Shown here: positions 19,205 to 27,781 of the stretch, one piece after another
Numbering within the stretch: the stretch's first letter is position 1
Layout of the letters: each line of letters opens with the position of its first letter
NCBI GenBank assembly: GCA_041946735.1
Contig: JBHGAY010000006.1
Location: 1 to 64,000 of the forward strand
Origin: Candidatus Eiseniibacteriota bacterium
GTDB lineage: Bacteria > Eisenbacteria > RBG-16-71-46 > CAIMUX01 > VGJL01
DNA length: 64,000 bases
Direction of reading: 5' to 3'
Made by a program: the position numbers and the translations under genes
The notes under the pieces: model-generated
The model's database searches: none
What the model saw: only the letters and a program-made list of their open reading frames with translations
What the model was told of the DNA's origin: nothing

Positions 19205-19927
19205 ATGGATGATCCGCATCGCTCGCGATACGGCGCTTTCGACTACGCTGCGGCGACCCACGCGCACCGGCGCCGCTTTTTGCGACACGCCCATCGCCGG
19301 CGCTTCGAGATCGCGCTCTCCCTGCTCGAGCCTCGTCCGGGCGATCGCGTCCTCGACTTCGGATGCGGAGACGGCTTCTTCCTCGCGCTCCTCGAGGAGC
19401 GGGGACCGCGCGGCCTCGACCTCGCCGGGTACGAGCCGATGGACTATCTGCGCGAGACGCTCTCAGGCCGATCGGCGCGGATCGTCGCGAATCCGGACGA
19501 TCTGGCGCCTCGCTCCTTCGACCGCATCGCGTGCCTCGAGGTTCTCGAGCACCTGACGGCCGAGGATCTGGACGCAGCGCTCGACCTCCTCGCGCGGCTT
19601 CTCGCTCCCGGCGGCATCCTGGTGGTCAGCGTCCCGATCGAGATCGGCCTCCCCGCGCTCGGCAAGTACCTCGTGACCCGCCTCCTGACCGGCGCGGACC
19701 GTCGATGCACGCCGGGCGAGGTGTTGCGAATGACGCTCGGACTGCCGGTCGCGCGGGAGAGCGGTCTCGCCTTTCTGCCACACAAGGGGTTCGATCACCG
19801 GAGCCTCGAGCGAACGCTCAACGCGAGGTTTCGGGTCGAGCGGCGGGCTTTCAGTCCCGCCCCAGCGTTCGGGCCCTGGGTGAACTCGCAGGTGATCTGG
19901 CGGATGGCGGGCCGCGGGAAAAAGTGA
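19205..19927 (+). CDS. Class I SAM-dependent methyltransferase
   Basis: [34 protein letters not shown]. Confidence 0.85.
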   Translation: MDDPHRSRYGAFDYAAATHAHRRRFLRHAHRRRFEIALSLLEPRPGDRVLDFGCGDGFFLALLEERGPRGLDLAGYEPMDYLRETLSGRSARIVANPDDLAPRSFDRIACLEVLEHLTAEDLDAALDLLARLLAPGGILVVSVPIEIGLPALGKYLVTRLLTGADRRCTPGEVLRMTLGLPVARESGLAFLPHKGFDHRSLERTLNARFRVERRAFSPAPAFGPWVNSQVIWRMAGRGKK

Positions 19928-19947
19928 TGGACGCAGAGAAAAGACGC

Positions 19948-19996
19948 TTGACCAGTGGCCCTCACGTCGGCCAATATTTCAGTGTTTGCTGAAATA
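19948..19996 (+). promoter_or_regulatory. arsR promoter with 8-6-8 palindromic operator
   Basis: -35-like TTGACC at 19948-19953; TATTTCAG (19975-19982)-N6-CTGAAATA (19989-19996), a perfect inverted repeat over the -10/+1 region, as is typical of ArsR/SmtB operators. Confidence 0.75.
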
Positions 19997-20037
19997 CTGA
20001 AACAGGGACAGGGACCCCATGGGAGGAGGAGACCTGG

Positions 20038-20502
20038 ATGGCGCACGAGAATCCCGCTCCTCGCGCCGCCGCAGCGGGGCCGGGCGCGACGGCGGCCGAG
20101 ATCGAGCGGATGCGTGAGCAGATTCGAGGGCTGGGCGCCATGGACCCGCTCGCCGAGGCGTTCGCCGCGCTCGGAAGCGCGCCGCGCCTCCGCCTGCTCT
20201 ATCTGCTCTACCACCGGCCCGATCTCTCCGTCGGCCAGCTGGCCTCGCTGGCCGGACTCTCGGTCTCCGGAGTGTCGATGCACCTCGCCCGCCTGAAGCG
20301 CTCCGGTCTGGTCAACTGCCGGCGCGACGGGCAGACGATCTGCTGCGCTCTGACCGGGGAGAACGACCATGTGATCTTCCTTCGGAATCTGTTCCGTAGC
20401 ATCGCCACCCAGACCGGCTGCTGCCAGCCGCTCCCGGGCGGCGCGAAGGAGGTCGCCAACGCGGCCGCCCAGTGCAAAGGAGGAGTTCGTGGAGAAGCCT
20501 GA
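20038..20502 (+). CDS. arsR: ArsR/SmtB metalloregulator with C-terminal Cys pairs
   Basis: [31 protein letters not shown] winged HTH; directly upstream of arsM. Confidence 0.88.
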   Translation: MAHENPAPRAAAAGPGATAAEIERMREQIRGLGAMDPLAEAFAALGSAPRLRLLYLLYHRPDLSVGQLASLAGLSVSGVSMHLARLKRSGLVNCRRDGQTICCALTGENDHVIFLRNLFRSIATQTGCCQPLPGGAKEVANAAAQCKGGVRGEA

Positions 20503-21325
20503 AGTCCGTGATGTGGTCCGGGAAGGGTACGCGAAGATCGCCCGCGGAGAGAGCTCCTGTTGTGGAGATTCCAGCGAGCACGCCGGTTCGTCGAGCTGCT
20601 GCGGCTCCTCCATCGACCCGGACGAGTTCGCCCAGCGGCTCGGATACGCGCCAGAGGATCTCGCGGCCCTGCCGGAGGGAACGAACCTCGGTCTCTCGTG
20701 CGGCAACCCGACCGCTATCGCCTCTCTTCGCGACGGCGAGGTGGTCGTCGATCTGGGAAGCGGCGCGGGATTCGACGTCTTGATCGCCGCGAAGAAGGTC
20801 GGCAAGGCGGGACGCGCGATCGGGGTCGACATGACTCCGGAGATGATCTCCCGCTCGCGGGCGAACGCCGCGCGCAGCGGACTGACAAACGTCGAGTTCC
20901 GCCTGGGCGAGATCGAGAACCTGCCGGTCGCCGACGACTGCGCGGACGTCGTCATCTCCAACTGCGTGATCAACCTCTCCGACGAGAAGCCGCGTGTGTT
21001 CCGCGAGATCGCCCGCGTCCTGAAGCCCGGCGGGCGAGTCGCGGTGAGCGACATGGCGCTTCTGCGTCCTCTGCCTGCGCAGCTGGCAAACGATCCGCGA
21101 GCCTACGTCGGCTGCCTGAGCGGCGCAGTCACGGTCCAGGAGTATCTCGGGCACATCGAGCAAGCGGGACTGGTCGATCCGTCGGTCGAGGTCGATCCGC
21201 TCGGCGAGTCGCTCGACGAGGTGCAAGACCCGCTCTACTCCGCATGGAAGGAGAAGCTCCCGGCGGGAGAGAAGCTCTCGCAGTACGTGGTGAGCGTTCG
21301 CGTGACCGCGCGCAAGCCGTCCTGA
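20489..21325 (+). CDS. arsM: Arsenite S-adenosylmethionine methyltransferase
   Basis: N-terminal CC pairs, [47 protein letters not shown] before the GTG start. Confidence 0.93.
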   Translation: MEKPEVRDVVREGYAKIARGESSCCGDSSEHAGSSSCCGSSIDPDEFAQRLGYAPEDLAALPEGTNLGLSCGNPTAIASLRDGEVVVDLGSGAGFDVLIAAKKVGKAGRAIGVDMTPEMISRSRANAARSGLTNVEFRLGEIENLPVADDCADVVISNCVINLSDEKPRVFREIARVLKPGGRVAVSDMALLRPLPAQLANDPRAYVGCLSGAVTVQEYLGHIEQAGLVDPSVEVDPLGESLDEVQDPLYSAWKEKLPAGEKLSQYVVSVRVTARKPS

Positions 21326-21451
21326 AGTCCGATGTGGTGTGTGTGTGATCCGACCTGCGATTCGGACCTGAGCGACAGGGGTCGAGAGTCTGCAAGCCGA
21401 GAACCAACGGGTGCCTTCGGACGCCCGAGAAGAATGAGAAGGAGAAGCCCA

Positions 21452-22012
21452 ATGAACCGTTCCCGTGTACGTCTGGGGTCCGTGCTCTTCGCAACGGCTT
21501 CGCTGATCGGGTTGGCGATGGCCGCTCGCGCCGCCGAGGATCACGAGGGGAAGGCGTCTCCTGGCGCCTACCCGGCTCCTTCAGCGCTCGAGGAGGAACA
21601 CCGGAAGATTCACGAAGACCTGGTCGAGCTGCTCGGAGCGGGTGGCCAGACCGGTGAGGCCGCCCACAAGCTCGCGACGGCCTTGCACGCGCACTTCGGT
21701 CGCGAGCAGGAGATCTCGATCCCGCCGCTGGGCCTCCTCGTCCCTCTCGCGGAGGGCAAGCTGACGCCCGAGATGAAGAGCCAGGCGGAGGCAGGCTCGG
21801 TCCTCCGGGCCGAGCTGCCGAAGATGCTGGAGGAACACGGCCAGATCAAGGCGGCGGCAGAGGCTCTCCGGGAGGCGGGCGAGAAGGAGGGGAAGCCGGA
21901 GGCGGTCAAGTTCGCCGAGGAGCTGATCCTGCACGCGCAGAACGAGGAGCAGGTGCTCTACCCGGCCGCGATCCTGGTGGCCGATTACGTCCGTCTCCGA
22001 AGCGACTCCTGA
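21452..22012 (+). CDS. Exported hemerythrin/HHE cation-binding domain protein
   Basis: AAGGAG RBS; signal peptide ending ARA-A; EEEHRKIH, HAHFGREQE, EEHGQI, HAQNEEQVLYP. Confidence 0.75.
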   Translation: MNRSRVRLGSVLFATASLIGLAMAARAAEDHEGKASPGAYPAPSALEEEHRKIHEDLVELLGAGGQTGEAAHKLATALHAHFGREQEISIPPLGLLVPLAEGKLTPEMKSQAEAGSVLRAELPKMLEEHGQIKAAAEALREAGEKEGKPEAVKFAEELILHAQNEEQVLYPAAILVADYVRLRSDS

Positions 22013-22082
22013 TCATGGGATCGAGCGGCCCGCGCGGATCCGGCGGCGACGCCGGCGGCCGCCGCGCGGGCGTGGAGGCCGC

Positions 22083-22676
22083 ATGAATCGTTCCGATTTG
22101 CCCCCGTCGGTTCACGTCCTCGGGTTCGCCGGCAGCTTGCGGAGCGGCTCGTACAACCGTGCGACGCTCCGCGCCGCCGCCGGCCTGCTGCCCGACGGAA
22201 TGACCCTGGAGATCTTCGACCGGATCGGAGAGATCCCGCTCTATAACGGCGACGTCGAGGCGCAGGGAGAGGTCCCGGAGCCGGTCCTCGCTTTCAAAGA
22301 GCGGATCACGGCGGCCGACGCGCTCCTGATCGCGACGCCCGAATACAACCACTCGGTCCCGGGAGTGTTGAAGAACGCGATCGACTGGGCCTCGCGCCCC
22401 GCCCGCACCTCGCCGCTCGACGGCAAGCCCCTCGCAATCCTCGGAGCGACCACGGGCATGGCCGGAACGGCTCGCGCCCAGATCGCTTTGCGGCAGGTTT
22501 GCGTCTTCACGAACATGCATCCCCTGAACAAACCGGAGGTGCTGATCGCGAGGGCGGCCGAGAAGTTCGACGCCGAGGGGCGTCTTCACGACGAGCCGAC
22601 GCGCGAGAGAATCGCCGCGCTGCTCGTCGCCCTGCGCGACTGGGCCTTGCGCGTGCGCGTGCGCGTGCCGGGCTGA
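22083..22676 (+). CDS. NAD(P)H-dependent FMN reductase (ChrR/SsuE/ArsH superfamily)
   Basis: GSLRSGSYN, ATPEYNHSVPGVLKNAIDWASRP, GTARAQ..LRQ. Confidence 0.9.
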   Translation: MNRSDLPPSVHVLGFAGSLRSGSYNRATLRAAAGLLPDGMTLEIFDRIGEIPLYNGDVEAQGEVPEPVLAFKERITAADALLIATPEYNHSVPGVLKNAIDWASRPARTSPLDGKPLAILGATTGMAGTARAQIALRQVCVFTNMHPLNKPEVLIARAAEKFDAEGRLHDEPTRERIAALLVALRDWALRVRVRVPG

Positions 22677-22692
22677 GGCGGAAGCACCCGCT

Positions 22693-22737
22693 GAGGCGAA
22701 AGCTTCCCTGGACAGGCTCTTTCGCCTCTTCTACAAT
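22693..22737 (+). promoter_or_regulatory. Sigma70-type promoter (TGGACA-N17-TACAAT) overlapping a 10-bp inverted repeat
   Basis: -35 at 22709-22714, -10 at 22732-22737; GAGGCGAAAG (22693-22702) / CTTTCGCCTC (22719-22728). Confidence 0.6.
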
Positions 22738-22809
22738 CCGACGCACGAAAACCGAGCGCGGGGCCTCCCGCGAAGTGGATCGCGCGAGGCTCCCTCGAGG
22801 AGAGTCGCC

Positions 22810-24549
22810 TTGAGCGTCGGCCCTGCACGGACCGCGATCCTGATCGGCCTCATCGTCGCAGGAACGCTTCTCGCCTACGCGCCGGCCATGCGCGCGGGCT
22901 TCCTCTGGGATGACGACGATCACGTGACGGAGAATGTCGCGCTGCGCTCGCTCGGCGGGCTCGCCCGGATCTGGCTCGAGCCCGGCGCCACTCCCCAGTA
23001 CTACCCCCTGGTGCACACCAGCTTCTGGATCGAGTACCACCTCTGGGGGACGTCGCCGCTTGGCTATCACCTGGTCAATGTCCTGCTCCACGTGACTGTC
23101 GCCCTGCTCTTCGGGCTCGCGCTCTCCCGCCTCTCGGTTCCCGGGGCCTGGTGGGCGGCCGCGTTCTTCGCCCTCCACCCGGTCCACGTCGAGACGGTGG
23201 CGTGGATCACGGAGCGCAAGAACCTCCTCTCCGCGCTGTTCTACCTCCTCGCGCTCCTCGCGTGGCTGCGCGGACATCCCATCGGCGAGAACAAGCCGCT
23301 CGCCGGAGGTGGGACCGCTTCGTCCTCAGCTCACCCGGGGAGCTGGATCCTGGCCTTCGTCTTCTTCCTCGCCTCGCTGCTCACCAAGACGGTGACGGCA
23401 AGCTTCCCGGTCGCGATCCTGCTCCTCCATTGGTGGAAAGAGGGACGGATCGGTCGCCGCCTGCTCGCGTCCCTCGCTCCGTTTTTCGTGGCCGGCTTCC
23501 TCCTCGGTCTCCAGACCGTCTCGATCGAGAGGCGGATCGTCGGCGCGCAGGGGGAGGAATGGAATCTCTCGCCGCTCGCGCGGACGGCCATCGCCGGACG
23601 CGCCCTCTGGTTCTACCTCGCGAAGCTGATCGCTCCCGTCCGGTTGAGCTTCATCTATCCCCGCTGGGACGTGGAATCGCTCCGTTGGATCGCGACCCTC
23701 GCGCCCCTCGCCTTCGCCGCGACGATCGCCGCGCTCTGGTTTCTCCGCCGGCGGATCGGACGCGGCCCGCTCGTCGCGTGCCTCTTCTTCGCGGGCACGC
23801 TGTTCCCCGCGCTTGGATTCTTCGACGTCTATCCGTTCCGTTACTCCTTCGTCGCCGATCACTTCCAGTACCACGCAAGCCTTGGGGCGATCGCCTTCGC
23901 CGCGGCGGCCCTCACGCTCCTCGCGCGGCGACTCCCCCGTCCGCCCCGCGCCGCGCTGCGAGCCGCCGGCCTCGCGCTGCTCTTGCTCTTCGCCGCCGCC
24001 ACCCGCGAACGGGCAACCGCATTCCTCACGGCGGAGTCGCTCTGGGAAGACACGATCGCCAAGAGTCCGCGATGCTGGATGGCGCATCACAACCTCGGCA
24101 TGCTCCTGGAGGCGCAAGGGCGCATCGACGACGCCGTCCGTCACTACGAGCGGGCGCTCGCGATCCGCGGCGATCTCGCGCAGACACGCTACAACCTGGC
24201 GGTGATCCGCGCCCGTCGCAACGATCTCGCGCGAGCCGGCGCGGACTTCGAGGCCGTGATCGAGGCGAAGCCGGGGTATGCGGACGCGCACGTCGGCCTG
24301 GCCAACGTGCTCTTCGCGGAGGGAAGGATCGAAGAGGCGATCGAGCGATACCAGCGCGCGGTCGCTCTCGATCCGTTGAGCTTGCCGGCGCACAAGAACC
24401 TCGCCCTCGCCTACGAGTCGTGCGGCCGGCCGGAGGAGGCGGCGCGCGAGTATGGGATCGTGCTGCGCCTCGCCGCGACCGACCGCGACGCGGCATCGCG
24501 CCTCTCCCGGCTGCGGCAAAGGTTCCCCGAGGGCGACCTGGGCCGCTAG
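22810..24549 (+). CDS. TMTC-like GT-C membrane glycosyltransferase with C-terminal TPRs
   Basis: FLWDDD loop, YYPL, GYHLVNVLLH, FALHPVHVETVAWI, ADHFQY, SLWED, followed by TPR repeats. Confidence 0.85.
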   Translation: MSVGPARTAILIGLIVAGTLLAYAPAMRAGFLWDDDDHVTENVALRSLGGLARIWLEPGATPQYYPLVHTSFWIEYHLWGTSPLGYHLVNVLLHVTVALLFGLALSRLSVPGAWWAAAFFALHPVHVETVAWITERKNLLSALFYLLALLAWLRGHPIGENKPLAGGGTASSSAHPGSWILAFVFFLASLLTKTVTASFPVAILLLHWWKEGRIGRRLLASLAPFFVAGFLLGLQTVSIERRIVGAQGEEWNLSPLARTAIAGRALWFYLAKLIAPVRLSFIYPRWDVESLRWIATLAPLAFAATIAALWFLRRRIGRGPLVACLFFAGTLFPALGFFDVYPFRYSFVADHFQYHASLGAIAFAAAALTLLARRLPRPPRAALRAAGLALLLLFAAATRERATAFLTAESLWEDTIAKSPRCWMAHHNLGMLLEAQGRIDDAVRHYERALAIRGDLAQTRYNLAVIRARRNDLARAGADFEAVIEAKPGYADAHVGLANVLFAEGRIEEAIERYQRAVALDPLSLPAHKNLALAYESCGRPEEAAREYGIVLRLAATDRDAASRLSRLRQRFPEGDLGR

Positions 24550-26813
24550 TGCCGCTTCCCTCCTTGTGGCCGGTCGAGATCGATTCCCGCTCCCGGCTGC
24601 GATGCCTGATCGACGTCCACGAAGATGCCGCGGTTTCGAGCCCGCTCGTTGTCGCTCCCGGGTGCGTCGGTCAAGCGCGCGCCGTCTGCCGCGTCCGTCC
24701 CCGGCGGATAGGTGTCGCGCCCCGAGCAGTCGAGGAAGAGACCGATCGAGATCGGCTCCGTCCAGTAGTTCGACGGCGTGTCGCGGTCGAGAAAGCGAGG
24801 ATCGAAGGTCGCGAGGCCGGGCCGCTGTTGCGCCGAGCCGAACTTGTAGGCATCGTCGCCGCCTTCCTCGAGACAGAGGACGACGCTGCGGTTGATCGAG
24901 TTGCCGATGCCCCCTCCCCCGCACTCGTAGCGGTCGCTCCCGGAGCGGTCGTCGAGGATCGCTACCGTGAAGTCGTGGCCGAACGCAGGGCCCCAGTTCT
25001 GGGCGACGGAATGCAGGTCGTCGCCCGCCTCGTCGACGACCGCGCCGATGCAGAAGTGCGCGCCGGAGGCGGAAGCCCATCCGTTCGCGCGGTACTCGTC
25101 GTTCCCCGATCCGTCCCAGACGAGGCCGGTGCCGAACCAGTAGCCGCAGCCCTGTCCCCAGTTGCCCGTCGTGTAGCGGTCGTTTCCCTCCATGTCGAGG
25201 AGAGCGCCGAGCCCGCCGGCCCAGGAGTGCCCGTCCGAGCCGTCGCCGCGCCGTCCCATCCCGCAGCCCTGCGCGTCGCTCACCGCGATCTTTCCTTCCG
25301 AATGGTACGAGGGGCGTCCGGTCACGGCGGGATCGACGACAGCGAGATACTCGTCGTCTCCCAGCCGGTCGGCCAGCACTCCGACTCCCGCAACGCCGCC
25401 GAATCCCTGCCCGTCGCTCCAGACCGTGTAGCGGTCGTTGCCGGCGAGGTCGAGGAGCAATCCGATCCCGAAGAATCCGGCTCCCTGCCCGCTGTAGCGC
25501 TGCTCGTACCGATCGTCCCCGGAGAGATCGGTCAGGACGCCGAGACCGAAGTGCCCCACGCCTTCGCCGAGCGTCCCGGCAGCCTCGTAGCGGTCGGAGC
25601 CGGCGGCGTCCAGAAGGACTCCGATGCCAGTCACGCCGGCGCCGAGGGCGCCGTCGCGAGCGGCGTAGCGATCGTCCCCGGAAAGGTCGAGCGCGGCGGC
25701 GAGCGGAAGCAATGGGCCGGATGCGGCAAGCGGGCCGGTGTAGGCGCTCGTCCCTCCGAGATCGACGACGAGGAACGCACCCGCGTCGCCGATCGCGATC
25801 GCTCCGTCCTGACCGTCGCGCGAGCCGGTGCCATCGATCACGACCCTACCCACGGGGGTGGCGAGGTCGATCCGCAAGGCTGAGAGCTTCTCCGTCCTGC
25901 TGCTGCTCGCGGCCAGTGTGCTGTCGAGGGCCAAACGGGCCTGATCGCACGCCTCGACCGCCTTCAGACCGGCGTACCATAGGCTCGCCTCGTCCCAGCG
26001 CCGCGCGGCGTCGTCCATCGCCGGCTCGTATTCGAGAGCGTCCGTCTCCTCGGCCCCGAGGTCGGCGCGGCTCGCGATCCGCTCGCGCATCTCGGTCGGT
26101 ACGTCCCGGAACGCGAGGACCGCCCATCGACGCGCGTCGAGAAGATCGAGAACGAGCTTGCCGAGAATCCCGCTGACGGTGGGTGGGAGATCCGCGCAGG
26201 CGGCCGCGAGATCCTTCGCCGGGAGCGGGTACGGAGACTCCTGGCCGAAGCTCACGAACTTCGTTTCCCGGCCGGCGGCCCGCCAGGCCTCGAGCAGCGC
26301 GACCTCGAGCGGCGTCGCGACGGCGGTGAGGTTCGCGGAAAAGGCGCGGGTCGCCCCGTAGCGCTTGTTGACGCCGAGGTCATGGACCGCGCGGTAGAGC
26401 GCTCCCGCGCCACGCTCCCCCTTCTCGCCGGCCACGTTCTCCGGAGAGAGGGTCCCGCGCACCGTCGCCCCCATCGCCCGCGTGAACGGCACGATCGCGA
26501 GCGGCTCCTCGCAGAGGTCGGCGAAGTGCCGCATCGTGTAGGGAATGTCGGCCGGGTAGCGCTCCCAATAGCCGCGCGCCTCCCAGCCGAGATCGCCGCG
26601 TGTCAGACCGGCCAGGCCGAGAGCGTCGTCGAGCGCGTCGAAGGACGAGGCCGGCGCAGGACTCTGCGATTCCGACGCCTGGGCGGTCCAAGCAAAGACG
26701 GCGGCGGCAAGGACGGAGACAAGGGCGGTGACAAGGATGGGGGCAAGGATGGGGACAAGGATGGAGTAGACAGCCGGGATGAGAGAGGACGCAACGGGGA
26801 AGCAGCGGCGCAT
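24546..26813 (-). CDS. Large exported protein with about 12 (G)xxxDxxGxDxY repeats
   Basis: Long hydrophobic N-terminus ending AQA; repeats such as GVLTDLSGDDRY, GLLLDLAGNDRY, GALLDMEGNDRY. Confidence 0.8.
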   Translation of the reverse strand: MRRCFPVASSLIPAVYSILVPILAPILVTALVSVLAAAVFAWTAQASESQSPAPASSFDALDDALGLAGLTRGDLGWEARGYWERYPADIPYTMRHFADLCEEPLAIVPFTRAMGATVRGTLSPENVAGEKGERGAGALYRAVHDLGVNKRYGATRAFSANLTAVATPLEVALLEAWRAAGRETKFVSFGQESPYPLPAKDLAAACADLPPTVSGILGKLVLDLLDARRWAVLAFRDVPTEMRERIASRADLGAEETDALEYEPAMDDAARRWDEASLWYAGLKAVEACDQARLALDSTLAASSSRTEKLSALRIDLATPVGRVVIDGTGSRDGQDGAIAIGDAGAFLVVDLGGTSAYTGPLAASGPLLPLAAALDLSGDDRYAARDGALGAGVTGIGVLLDAAGSDRYEAAGTLGEGVGHFGLGVLTDLSGDDRYEQRYSGQGAGFFGIGLLLDLAGNDRYTVWSDGQGFGGVAGVGVLADRLGDDEYLAVVDPAVTGRPSYHSEGKIAVSDAQGCGMGRRGDGSDGHSWAGGLGALLDMEGNDRYTTGNWGQGCGYWFGTGLVWDGSGNDEYRANGWASASGAHFCIGAVVDEAGDDLHSVAQNWGPAFGHDFTVAILDDRSGSDRYECGGGGIGNSINRSVVLCLEEGGDDAYKFGSAQQRPGLATFDPRFLDRDTPSNYWTEPISIGLFLDCSGRDTYPPGTDAADGARLTDAPGSDNERARNRGIFVDVDQASQPGAGIDLDRPQGGKRH
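26705..26765 (-). repeat. 12-bp tandem repeat within signal-peptide coding region (ILVP-ILAP-ILVT-ALVS-VLAA)
   Basis: Plus strand …GACAAGGGCGGT GACAAGGATGGG GGCAAGGATGGG GACAAGGATGGA. Confidence 0.6.
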
Positions 26814-26963
26814 CGGGATCCTCCGGACGACGCCTCGTGCCCGGGGCGACCATCGTCCCGGGGCGGCGGCGGCGAACTGCCGCGCGGAGTGTAAAGCCGA
26901 AGGCGCGCGCGTCGCTACGCGGACGGGGGGCGGCTGCCGGGCCGCTGCCAAATCAGCCGGTTC

Positions 26964-27713
26964 TCAGTCCGCCTTCTTCAGCCGGTTGCGGAACTTCTCC
27001 CGGAACTTCTGCACCTTCGGATCGATCACCAGGCGACAATAGGGCTGGTTCGGATTGTTCGCGTAGTACTCCTGGTGATACTCCTCGGCCGGATAGAACG
27101 CCTCGAACGGGACGACCTGCGTCACGATCTTGCCGTCCCAGATCTTCTCGCGATCCACCTCGGCAATCACCTCGCGCGCGGTCGCCTCCTGCTCGGGGGA
27201 TCGCGTGAAGATCACCGAGCGGTACTGCGTCCCGATGTCCGCCCCTTGGCGGTTGAGGGTGGTCGGATCGTGCACGGTGAAGAAGACGCGCAGAATGTCG
27301 GCGAGCGAGATCTGCGCCGGATCGAACGCGACCTGGATCACCTCGGCATGCCCGGTCTCCCCGGTGCAGACTTCCCGGTAGGTCGGGTTCGGGACGGTGC
27401 CTCCTGAGTATCCCGACCGGACGTCGACGACGCCCTGAAGCTCATCGAAGACCGCTTCGGTGCACCAGAAGCAGCCGCCGCCCAGCGTGATCGTCTCGAG
27501 GCCTTCGCGCTTCGTCGCCTCGTCGCTCGCCATCGTATCCTCCCCGGCGGCCGCGTCCCGCGCCTCGCCGCCCGATCTTCCCGCGTCCTGGCGTGCCTGC
27601 CCGCTGCCCGAATCCGCCTGCGCGCACCCGTTCCAAACCAACCCGCTGATGACCAACCCGCTCATGACGAACCCAACCGCGAGCAGGACGCAGGCGATGC
27701 TCGTGATTCTCAT
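26964..27713 (-). CDS. msrA: Peptide-methionine (S)-S-oxide reductase with N-terminal export signal
   Basis: GGGCFWC, GYSGG, NPTY.EVC.G.TGHAE, HDPT, RQG.D.GTQYRS, FYPAEEYHQ.YY, PYC. Confidence 0.93.
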   Translation of the reverse strand: MRITSIACVLLAVGFVMSGLVISGLVWNGCAQADSGSGQARQDAGRSGGEARDAAAGEDTMASDEATKREGLETITLGGGCFWCTEAVFDELQGVVDVRSGYSGGTVPNPTYREVCTGETGHAEVIQVAFDPAQISLADILRVFFTVHDPTTLNRQGADIGTQYRSVIFTRSPEQEATAREVIAEVDREKIWDGKIVTQVVPFEAFYPAEEYHQEYYANNPNQPYCRLVIDPKVQKFREKFRNRLKKAD

Positions 27714-27781
27714 CGAACTGCCTCTCTTCCGGCGGCGGATGGCGATGCGGCCGGACTGGGGAGAATAGCGGGGCGGGCGAA

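Noticed and set aside
21326..21451. Known ncRNA (SRP, 6S, riboswitch) in the arsM-hemerythrin spacer
   Set aside because: Only a partial TCAGGTCCG match on the minus strand, without the SRP GGAAGCAGC motif; no riboswitch consensus recognised
22083..22676. Calling the flavin reductase arsH
   Set aside because: Lacks the ArsH N-terminal extension and GSQSFN-type motif; the sequence is ChrR/SsuE-like
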